Below, in pieces: positions 49,294 to 58,359 of a stretch of 64,000 nt of DNA; the stretch's first letter is position 1, and the number at the start of each line of letters is the position of its first letter. The stretch is from Lama glama (taxonomy: Eukaryota), in assembly GCA_028534125.1 (NCBI GenBank), contig CM052826.1, forward strand, positions 14,198,001 through 14,262,000, read 5' to 3'. The notes beneath the pieces were generated by a model, which was not told the origin of the DNA, ran no database searches, and was given only the letters and a program-made list of their open reading frames with translations. The translations under genes and the position numbers were made by a program.

Positions 49294-51195
49294 CATGAGG
49301 AAGACACATTCATCTGAGCCAGAAACGCCGGCTTTCCGGGGAGCCCCTGCCGCCCTGGTTCCCACAGGTCACACAGATCCAGGTGGGGTATCTGGCTCCC
49401 CCAGGCCCCACACCTCCTGAGCAGCCCCCCGGCCTAGGACGGGCTCCCCAAGGAGCCCACCTCCTCACCAGCCCAAGGGGCATCAACTTCCTGTCAGTGA
49501 AAGACTTCGAGGCCANNNNNNNNNNNNNNNNNNNNNNNNNNNNNNNNNNNNNNNNNNNNNNNNNNNNNNNNNNNNNNNNNNNNNNNNNNNNNNNNNNNNN
49601 NNNNNNNNNNNNNNNNNNNNNNNNNNNNNNNNNNNNNNNNNNNNNCCAGGGTCTATCTAGACGCTGCCCTGTGTCCTTTCTACAGTATTAACAGACGCCC
49701 TCAGAAAGTTCGGCGTCGTTCCTGCAAGCTCTGAGGAGAACCCATGGTGGGGCGGGGGTGCCTCTCCCCGGCTGGTCTCCCGCGGACACCGCCTCTCCCT
49801 CCCAAGCAGAGGCTCTGCTCTAAGGGGGCGGGCAAGGTGACGCGACCCCTACAGCTCTATTTCGAAAACTCCAGTTGGCCTGGGAGCAGCTGCTGGGAGC
49901 CACCAGGCCCCCCTGCTATTTCAGGCCCTCAGCTGTCCGGGGGTCACGGGGAGTTTTCTGTGCTTGTAAGCTCATGCTCTGCAGCAACAGTGTCAGATTT
50001 TTTTTGATCGTCTTCTCAATTTTCCCCTTTGCTGCTGCTCTTCATTTCGCACTGTTGAGACCCAGTGGTCTCCATGCTGTCGACCTCGCTCCGTCCCTCA
50101 GCCCACTCATGGGTCCTGGGGTCGTCTTTGCAGAGCCACTGCAGGGTTTGCACTCAGGGAGGGGCTAGGGGTTGGTGGAGCCAGGGGGACCCCCAAGAGT
50201 GAGCTCAGAAAAGGCGCCTGATCCATCCACCCTGGGGACGCTGGCCTGCAGACACCCCAATTGCTGCTTAGTCACTGTGCCTAGTCTGATGTCCCCCAAA
50301 GTGTCGGGGGGGTTGCGTGTGTTTGTGTGTGTGTGAGGGGCCCCGCCAGGGTGTGCGGGGGTCTGAGGCATGCGTTCATGTGAATTCAGGGCCACGTTCA
50401 GCGAAGCCACGACTGGGGAAGGTGGTAGAGGTGGTTGCGACCCACAGCCCAGGAGTCACAGATGGGGAGGGGGGTTGCATCCACCAACAGTAGTGAGGCA
50501 GGGAGAGCAGAACTGCTCACTCAGACATGTCTATTTTTCTAAGCTGTGGGGGTGTCTGCTAATGGCTTCCCAAAGAGCAGGCGCGCCTACAGTGTGCCCA
50601 CCCACCCCAGAGTCTCCACGGGACCCCTGGGGTGCCTGGAGTGCCAAGGAAGCTCATCCTTTATGTTTCAATAGCTGTTGTGTTGTTTTTCATCTGGGGA
50701 AGGGCTGAGCAGACCCTGGAAGCCCGAGTTCTGCAGACAGCCATCTTGTACCTGGCTGGACCTGCAGACTTGGTAAAACGGGATGGTTGTCGGAGGCCAC
50801 ACCGTGGAGGCCGACCTGCCTGCCCTCTGCCCTCGGATCCAGTTCAAGGGACTCTGAGTTGAATTTCCTTCTTCTTGTTTTTTTGTTGTTGTTTTTCTCC
50901 TTTTAAGGAATTTTGAAGCTAAGAAATGTTTTGTGCTTTGGGGGTTGATGGACAAAAGTTCTAGCTGATTAAATATGGTCTAACTTATTGATACTGTGTT
51001 TTTTTTTCTTTTAATATTGTACTGTGGAGAAAAACTGTTTTGAGCCATGGAGTTGGTGTTTACAAGAACTTTTCACTTTTGCCAAAATGTTACAATTGAA
51101 AGGCATCTGCATCTTTGGTTTCCTAATATTTTCTTAAAAGATCTAGTGTCCTTTTTGTACACTAAACAGGTGAATGCTGATTTTTTTCAACCTAC

Positions 51196-51201
51196 AATAA
51201 A
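51196..51201 (+). terminator. Distal polyA signal AATAAA of ELL
   Basis: End of the AU-rich UTR block; upstream TGTA and U-tracts; downstream GT-rich ggtgtgcatatgt. Confidence 0.85.
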
Positions 51202-52894
51202 TTTCACTGAACTGAACCTATCAGCCCAAGCTGGGTGTGCATATGTCAGTCCCCAGGGGTGGGGGTTGGTTCTGTGTGGGGGTGGGCAGGAGTCAGGAGG
51301 CAACCTGGCCCTGGGGCGACCACGGTAACGAGTGGAGGGGGGTGCATAGGCTGGTACTGGGCAGAGAAGGCGTCCTGGGCAGGCTGCCAGAGCCACTGCC
51401 CAGGAGTGAGTCCAGCAGGTGGAGGGCTAACCTGAGGTCGAGGGCCCTGCAGGTGCCAGAGCAGGAGGCCAGACCGCCAGGTCATAGGGAGGAAATGTCT
51501 GAGATGGGAGGTGGGGACAGCGGGGAGCCATGACTGGTGTGTGAGCAGGGTAGGCCCTCCCCATCTCGTGAATAGGGTAGGCTGAACCAGGCAGGGAGAT
51601 CCCCGGGTCCCTGGCAGCACCAAAGCCCCCGGTAGTGGGGCCACATGGGACCAAGGGAGTGCCCTTATTTTGGGTAACTGAGCTGTGACTGACGATGAAA
51701 ATAGCGAGTAACGGCACTGTTAGGTAACTCCTCCCAGGCTGGAATGCTGGGGGTAAGGGTCCCTACGGCCCCCGTGGGGACAGGAACACTGAGGCCCAGT
51801 GGAGCCCCACAGACCCAGGACACCAGTTGGGATAGCTGTCCTTGCCCCTTGTTCCAAAGGCAGGGGGCAGGTTCTACCCTCCAAGGACATGGTAGGGGGA
51901 TGTTTATTTTAGGAAGGAAAAACAGACAAAGTATAAGACCAGGATTAAAGGGGTCCAGGGGTCAGGGACTGTGGGTCTTACCCTCTCCAGTGGCCCTGCT
52001 GGCCAGCGTCCTTGGCCTGAGTTCTGAGGCGGCCCAGGAATCTGAGGGGCGCGGGAGGTGAGGTCAGGCAGGCCCTGCGGGCCAGAATGTACCCTGCTCC
52101 CTGGGCAGCCTGGCCACGCCTTTCTAACGGGATAACATCTCTGTCCCCACACCCTGGGGCCCAGGGCCGACACCTGCCTCCTTCAGCCTCGTCACGCCTC
52201 AGCCTTGCCTTGCCCACCAGCCCCCTGCCAGGCTCGCCCACAGCCCCCGCACTGCCCAGCAGCACCCTGGTCATTGGGCCCTTAGTGCACCATGGCCACA
52301 GGCCATTCCCTGACCATCCTTCCTGAGCTGAGGACACCAAAAGTCTAGCCCCCAGGGGGCCCAGAAGGGTCTTCTCGCCCTCATGACCTGCACCGTGGCC
52401 AAGGGGCTCTGTGTTGCCCACCAGCCCCTGCCACTTGCTGGACAACGTCCTCCTGCCACCACCTGGGTCCCACCAGCCCTCCGTGCACCGGGCTCAGTCT
52501 GGGCACTGGCACTCAGCAGTGACCAAGACAGCTCTGCCCCTGCCCTTGGGAGCCTGCAGTCTCATGGGTATGGGGGTCCCTGGTCGCTCATGGACCACCT
52601 GCAGGCAGCACATTCATGCTGTGTCACACCCCCAGACAGTCCCTACAGTCCCCTTACAGCTCCAACTGACTGCTTGGAATAGAAGCATCCAGAAGCCATA
52701 TCTCTCCCCGCTGCCCCAGCACTGCCCCTCCAGGGAGCCTGCCTGGGCCCGCTCTGTCTCTGCCCCGCACCACCTTGCTGCCAGTACCTCTCACAGGCTG
52801 CCCTGTGAATGCTGGGGTTCCCCAGGGCTGGGTCTTTGGAGATTTTTCTGTACACATTCCTGTGATGTCACATGTGGCCTGGAGGCGCCAGCTC

Positions 52895-53356
52895 CCTCAG
52901 ATTCTCCAACACCAACTGGACATCCAACAGTTCACTTCCCAGGTCTGGCATCAGACCCCACATGTTATGGGGCTCAGGGCCCCATTTCAGACACCAACCA
53001 CAAAGTCTCTGGCCACCCATAATTCTGACCATTCAGCTATAAATTGGGAGTTCCTTTACCCCCTTGGAGGTTTGGTAATTTGCTAGAATGGCTCTCAGTG
53101 CTTAGGAAAACACTTCAATCACCAAATGGAGGCAATGCAGAGGCCAGGGTGTAGGGGATGGCACGAGGCTGCCAGGACTCCTCCAGGTATGCCACCCTCC
53201 CAGCACCTCCATGTGTTCACCCAAACCCCATTGTTTAGGGGTTTTTAGCAGAGGTTTCAGCACATAGACAGGATTGAGTAAATCACTGGCCCCTATGAAT
53301 AAACTCAATCTCAAGCCAGGAACTGGGGACAAAACTCAAATATTTATTATACCATA
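52895..53356 (-). mobile_element. MER21-family LTR
   Basis: ttctccaacaccaactgga...cagaccccaca...gctataaattggg...aatttgctagaatggctc...ggaaaacact...ggggacaaaactcaaatatttatt. Confidence 0.8.
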
Positions 53357-54529
53357 ATCCCCGTCCCCAGCCCTAAAGTTCTGCCCTGGTCCCCAAATTG
53401 CCTCCCTCCCCCTCACACCCATCCCCTTTTCTTATGCCCTAGAAACCACTCCCCTAGGTTTTTTCCCAGGCAGCTCTTCATATATTTGATAAGAGATGTC
53501 TTCATATCTCAAGACCCCTTCCAGCAGCCACCTCCTCCAGGCAGTCTGCCCTGCCCAACCCTGCCTCTTAGGTCCCCAGTCCACTTCTGACTTCCTCACA
53601 CTAGAGCCCCTTGAAGGCAAAAGCCTAGACCAGAAGCCCCCAACCCCCAAGGCCAGGCCCTGACCATGTTTCCTGCGAATGATCCCAACTATTCACCTTT
53701 TGGGTCAGCTCCAGTGGTGGAAACTTTCCAGCCGGAGGAGGCCGCTTGTTTTGGAAAGTTCCTGGGGGAGCCGCCCCCGCCCGCCTGCCGGGTTCCCACG
53801 CTCCTTTATCACTGGCGCTTAGAGGGGCTCAGTGCTGTGCAGGCTTAGCTCCTCCCCAGCTGGCTGCCTCTGCCCTGCCCACCCCCTTCCCTCCTTTCCC
53901 CAGCGAACAGCCTCCTCCACCCCAACTCCAGCCTGGCCCTATCAAGCCCTCCTGCTACAAGTGGGGAAACCTAGGCCTCGCAGCCCCCTAATTCCTGAGT
54001 GAGCCCTGTCGGGGGTGGGGGTGTGCCCGGAGGGCGCTGCTGCTCTGAAAGGGGGAGGGGGAGGCAGCTTGGGCTGGAGGAGTGTCTAGCGTTGAAATAC
54101 GAATCCTGGCTTAGTCTTCTGCTTCAGCGTCCAGTGCCTCAGTTTCTCCAGAGACCCCCCCCCAACTCCTCAAAGGCCCAGCCTCCTTTCCTAGCTCCAC
54201 TTCCTGCCTTGAGGCTGGGGCCTGGCCCTCATTTTCAGCCTTCAAGTCCTCTTTCGCAAACGGGGATACGCTGCCGAGGGCCCTAACCGCCTGTGGTGCG
54301 AAGTGAATCACGCGCGCCGAGCTCGGGCCGGGGGTCTGCAACCCACGTGATTGCCTGGCCGCAGGAGACCGGGCGGAGGCCAGATATCCGCGAAGGCTCA
54401 GGACAGCAGGGCCTCGAACCCAAGACCAAGATCGGTGAGCGCCCTCCCCCCTGCTCCGGGGACCGCCCCTCCTCCGGGGCGCGGGCGGGGCGAGGGGCGG
54501 GGCGGGGGTGGGGCCGCGGCTCTTTTCTC

Positions 54530-54588
54530 TGGAGTTCGCGCGCCCTGAGCCCTAGCCGTCCGCCGCTGTCTCAGCCGACTCCGCGCTG
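54530..54588 (+). other. ISYNA1: ISYNA1 non-coding exon 1 (start approximate)
   Basis: Donor ctg|gtgagt at 54588/54589; acceptor cctccag| at 54697, 9 nt before the ATG. Confidence 0.7.
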
Positions 54589-54706
54589 GTGAGTGCCGCC
54601 TGGGAGAGGTGCAGTCTCCCCGGGGACCGACCGAAGTCGGCTTGGCCCGGCCAGCTCTCAGGTCCCCGCTGACCTCTTGGCAACCTCGTGCCTCCAGCTC
54701 GCCGCG

Positions 54707-54826
54707 ATGGAGGCCGCAGCCGAGTTCGTGGTCGAGAGCCCCGACGTAGTCTACAGCCCCGAGGCCATCGAGGCGCAATATGAGTACAGGACGACGTGCG
54801 TCAGCCGCGAGGGCGGCGTCCTCAAG
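54707..54826 (+). CDS. ISYNA1: ISYNA1 coding exon 1 ([16 protein letters not shown]...GGVLK)
   Basis: ATG at 54707; donor aag|gtaggc. Confidence 0.96.
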
Positions 54827-57664
54827 GTAGGCGAGGGACCGAGTGGACCGTGGGGCTGGGGGAACCAGGGAGGCGGGAGGGAGCGGCAATTGCCCAACGT
54901 CTGCGACGCCCTCCCTGCAGCGAGGGGGGAGGGGCCTGTGGTCCCCAGCTCACCGCGGCGCCTGCCCCCAGGTGCACCCCACGTCCACGCGCTTCACCTT
55001 CCGGACCTCCCGGCAAGTGCCCCGACTCGGGGTCATGCTCGTCGGCTGGGGCGGGAACAACGGCTCCACGCTGACCGCTGCCGTGCTGGCCAACCGACTG
55101 CGCCTGTCTTGGCCCACGCGCACCGGCCGCAAGGTGGGAGGTCCGGCGGGGCTCGGTGGAAGAGAGGGCCTCGCAGGAATCCACGCGGGGAGGGGCTCTA
55201 CGGAGGAGAGGGTCCGCAGGGGGCGGGGCTCCTGGCTGCGGGCGGGCTCCTGGGAGGGGCTTCCATGGGGAGGCGGGGACTCCTTAGGGGTCTTACGGGG
55301 GCGGAGCCTAAGGTGTGGGGGAACTTCTGGATGGGACCTATGGAGGAGCTGCTTCCTGTCCTGGCTTGGAGCACTCTGCTGAAGCGCCTTTAACAGTAAG
55401 GCGGAGTTTAAGGGTGCTGGGCCGGGGCCCTTGCCGGCTCATAGCCCTCCCCATGTCACACCCACCCTTCACTCGGCCCCATCTTCCGCACCGCCCCCCA
55501 GGAGGCCAACTACTACGGCTCGCTGACGCAGGCGGGCACCGTTAGCTTGGGCCTGGACGCCGAGGGCCAGGAGGTGTTCGTGCCCTTCAACGCGCTGCTG
55601 CCCATGGTGGCGCCCGACGACCTGGTGTTCGACGGTGGGCGGGGCCCTGGGCCGGGGGTAGGGTGGGAGGCGGGACATGGAGGGGCCCAGGCAGCGGGCC
55701 GGGCCGAGCTTGAGGGTCCCCTCTAGGCTGGGACATATCGTCGCTGAACCTGGCGGAGGCTATGCGGCGCGCGCAGGTACTGGATTGGGGGCTGCAGGAG
55801 CAGCTGTGGCCGCACATGGAGGCCCTGCGCCCACGGCCTTCTGTCTACATCCCGGAGTTCATCGCAGCTAACCAGAGTGCGCGCGCCGACAACCTCATTC
55901 AGGGCACGCGCGCACAGCAGGTGCTGCCCCTCCCTGCACCCCTTTTATCCCCTGCCACTTGTTCTCCCCCGCCATTTTTGTCCCCCCGGCCACCTGTTCT
56001 CCCGTCTTTATCCCCATGCTCCCATCCTGAGGGGTCAGGCCCTACTTTGCACTTAGGGAACTGAATAGCCCAGGCTTTCACAGGTCGGGGGAGCCTGTAC
56101 AACCTCCCTCTTCTGCCCTCTTCCCCCAACCCCTAGCTGGAGCAGATCCGTAGGGACATCCGTGACTTCCGGTCCAGCGCCGGGCTGGACAAAGTCATCG
56201 TGCTGTGGACAGCAAACACGGAGCGCTTCTGTGAAGTGGTCCCGGGCCTTAATGACACTGCTGAGAACCTGCTGCGCACCATCCAGGTGGGTGCGCCCAG
56301 GAATGGGGTTGGGTGGGGTCAGGGCCAGCCCCCAAGCTCTGCGCTGACTGCCCGCCTGTTTCCGCAGCTGGGTCTGGAGGTGTCGCCCTCCACACTCTTT
56401 GCCGTGGCCAGCATCTTGGAGGGCTGTGCCTTCCTCAATGGGTCCCCACAGAACACGCTGGTGCCTGGTGCTCTCGAGCTGGCGTGGCAGCGCCGCGTCT
56501 TTGTGGGTGGAGATGACTTTAAGTCAGGCCAGACCAAAGTCAAGTCTGTGCTCGTTGATTTCCTTATCGGCTCCGGCCTCAAGGTGCGTGGACATGAGGG
56601 GCTGCTCAGCTCAGAATGGGGGTCCTGGGCCACGAGGGCTGGGCTTGTGCATTGCAGAGTCTGCAGCTGCTACAGGTCCTCTTGTCCCCCTAGACCATGT
56701 CCATCGTGAGCTATAACCATTTGGGCAACAACGACGGGCAGAACCTGTCGGCGCCGCCACAATTCCGGTCTAAGGAGGTGTCCAAGAGCAGTGTGGTGGA
56801 CGACATGGTGCAGAGCAACCCAGTGCTCTACGCGCCCGGCGAGGAGCCGGACCACTGCGTGCGTGGGGCGCAGGCGCAGCAGAAGGGGTGGGAGGCGTCC
56901 CCAACACAGAAAGGCAGGGACCTGTGTGACTTCATGCTGTCTCCCAGGTGGTCATCAAGTACGTGCCATACGTGGGTGACAGCAAGCGCGCACTGGATGA
57001 GTACACATCGGAGCTGATGCTAGGCGGTACCAACACACTGGTGCTGCACAACACGTGCGAGGTGCGGGGCAAGAAGGGACAGGAGTGGGGCTGCCCATCA
57101 GCCTGGCCTGGCTCCTGACTCGTTGGCCCTGCAGGACTCACTCCTGGCCGCGCCCATCATGCTGGACCTGGCTCTGCTGACCGAACTATGCCAGCGGGTG
57201 ACCTTCTGCACCGACATCGACCCAGAGCCGCAGAGCTTCCACCCGGTGCTGTCACTACTGGGCTTCCTCTTCAAGGCGCCGCTTGCGCCGCCGGGCAGCC
57301 CTGTGGTCAACGCGCTCTTCCGCCAGCGCAGCTGCATTGAGAACATCCTCAGGTGTGCCCCGGCCTTGGGGATCCCCATCCATGGCTCAGATGTCCACTG
57401 GCAGGGCTGCGCAGGGCACCAGTCTTGGGGTCTGGCCCTGCTGAGCCCTGACCCTCCCCCAGGGCCTGCGTGGGGCTCCCGCCACAGAACCACATGCTTC
57501 TGGAGCACAAGATGGAGCGCCCTGGCCTCAAGCGAGTTGGGCTTGTGGCCACTGCCTGCCCTGTTCCTTGCAAGAAAGGATCAGCACCAACCGCCCCCAA
57601 CGGCTGTACTGGTGATGCCAATGGGCACTCGCAGGCTGAGGCACCCCAGATGCCCACCACCTAA
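54707..57664 (+). CDS. ISYNA1: Inositol-3-phosphate synthase 1 (myo-inositol-1-phosphate synthase), complete spliced CDS, 1674 nt / 557 aa
   Basis: Ten phase-compatible GT-AG exons; MIPS motifs [34 protein letters not shown]; Kozak gcgATGG; ends MPTT-TAA. Confidence 0.98.
54972..55133 (+). CDS. ISYNA1: ISYNA1 coding exon 2 (GWGGNNG Rossmann motif)
   Basis: cccag| VHPTSTRF...TGRK |gtggga; 162 nt. Confidence 0.96.
55502..55634 (+). CDS. ISYNA1: ISYNA1 coding exon 3 ([17 protein letters not shown]...DLVFD)
   Basis: cccag| ... |gtgggc; 133 nt. Confidence 0.96.
55727..55920 (+). CDS. ISYNA1: ISYNA1 coding exon 4 ([15 protein letters not shown]...[12 protein letters not shown]...QQ)
   Basis: ctctag| ... 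|gtgctg; 194 nt. Confidence 0.96.
56137..56286 (+). CDS. ISYNA1: ISYNA1 coding exon 5 ([11 protein letters not shown]...[10 protein letters not shown]...TIQ)
   Basis: ccctag| ... |gtgggt; 150 nt. Confidence 0.96.
56368..56583 (+). CDS. ISYNA1: ISYNA1 coding exon 6 (NGSPQNT...[14 protein letters not shown])
   Basis: tccgcag| ... |gtgcgt; 216 nt. Confidence 0.96.
56694..56858 (+). CDS. ISYNA1: ISYNA1 coding exon 7 ([15 protein letters not shown]...EPDHC)
   Basis: ccctag| ... |gtgcgt; 165 nt. Confidence 0.96.
56948..57061 (+). CDS. ISYNA1: ISYNA1 coding exon 8 ([19 protein letters not shown]...HNTCE)
   Basis: ctcccag| ... |gtgcgg; 114 nt. Confidence 0.96.
57135..57352 (+). CDS. ISYNA1: ISYNA1 coding exon 9 ([12 protein letters not shown]...CIENIL)
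   Basis: cctgcag| ... |gtgtgc; 218 nt. Confidence 0.96.
57463..57664 (+). CDS. ISYNA1: ISYNA1 last coding exon ([17 protein letters not shown]...PQMPTT*)
   Basis: cccccag|; TAA at 57662-57664. Confidence 0.96.
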
Positions 57665-57743
57665 GGCCAAGGCCATACAACTTCCCCATATCTCCTGCCC
57701 CCTTTGCTCCTCAGGACCCGACCCTTCCAGGCCTCCCAAAGAC

Positions 57744-57749
57744 AATAAA
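57744..57749 (+). terminator. ISYNA1 polyA signal AATAAA
   Basis: 80 nt after the stop codon. Confidence 0.85.
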
Positions 57750-58019
57750 GTCAGTGCCACTATCAGCCATGCCTGTGGATTCTTAGCGCCTGCGACCTAA
57801 CCCTACCCCGGCAACTCTAGCCCCATCTGTTTTTCACCAGGTAGACACCTACCTACCCTAAAAACTCGTCCCAACCCTCAACAGTTTCCAGAACCCCGTG
57901 GGGCCTCTGCCTAACCTCAACCCTTGAAGGTGCGGCTGAGACCCCAAGGTGCAGGTTGTCGCTGCAAGCCAAAGTGAAGAAGTACAAGACCAGATACCAA
58001 AAACCAAAATCAAGTTACG

Positions 58020-58025
58020 TTTATT
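58020..58025 (-). terminator. SSBP4 polyA signal AATAAA (tttatt on + strand)
   Basis: About 305 nt past the SSBP4 stop; followed on the - strand by U/GU-rich ttgattttggtttttggt. Confidence 0.85.
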
Positions 58026-58329
58026 GATGGGGCCCACCCCTGCTGTCCAAAGGAAAGGAGGTCCCCAAGGAGCCCCCCTAGACAAAACAGAAATGACCGG
58101 AAGGGCCCATACAGGAAAGAACATCTCTGAGGTCCTTGGGTTTTTTATAAAATGAATGAGTCCTTCTCGCGGGGCCTCCCAGCCATCCAAGCTTTGACCA
58201 GGAGTCCAGTTGCCCGAGGTGCGACCTCAGACCCTCACCCTGTGGACTACCCGAGCCCCTGGACCTTGGCCCTGGGCAGGGGCGCTGGGCAGAAGCCAGG
58301 GCGGCAGTGGGCAAGGGGCTGCGGCCCCA

Positions 58330-58359
58330 TCACACGCTCATGGTCATCCCGGGGGAGTA
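58330..58359 (-). CDS. SSBP4: SSBP4 last coding exon (YSPGMTMSV*)
   Basis: tttccgcag|; TGA at 58332-58330. Confidence 0.95.
   Translation of the reverse strand, partial: YSPGMTMSV

Larger units (their letters stand above)
49157..51215 (+). other. ELL: ELL 3'UTR
   Basis: Follows the last-exon gap; AU-rich distal segment about 50860-51210 ends in AATAAA. Confidence 0.8.
54250..55260 (+). promoter_or_regulatory. ISYNA1 CpG-island promoter with GC-box array (54476-54513), E-box CACGTG (54344-54349) and E2F-like TTCGCGCG (about 54535)
   Basis: Dense CpG; tandem GGGGCGGGG; TATA-less; directly upstream of the non-coding exon 1. Confidence 0.85.

Noticed and set aside
54593-54706. GTG-initiated N-terminal extension of ISYNA1
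   Set aside because: Lies in intron 1 (donor at 54589, acceptor at 54697); the ATG at 54707 has good Kozak context and matches the recalled N-terminus.
56520-56650. p53 response element in ISYNA1
   Set aside because: Only isolated imperfect half-sites are visible (agtcaagtct, ggacatgagg, gggcttgtgc); no adjacent pair I can support.
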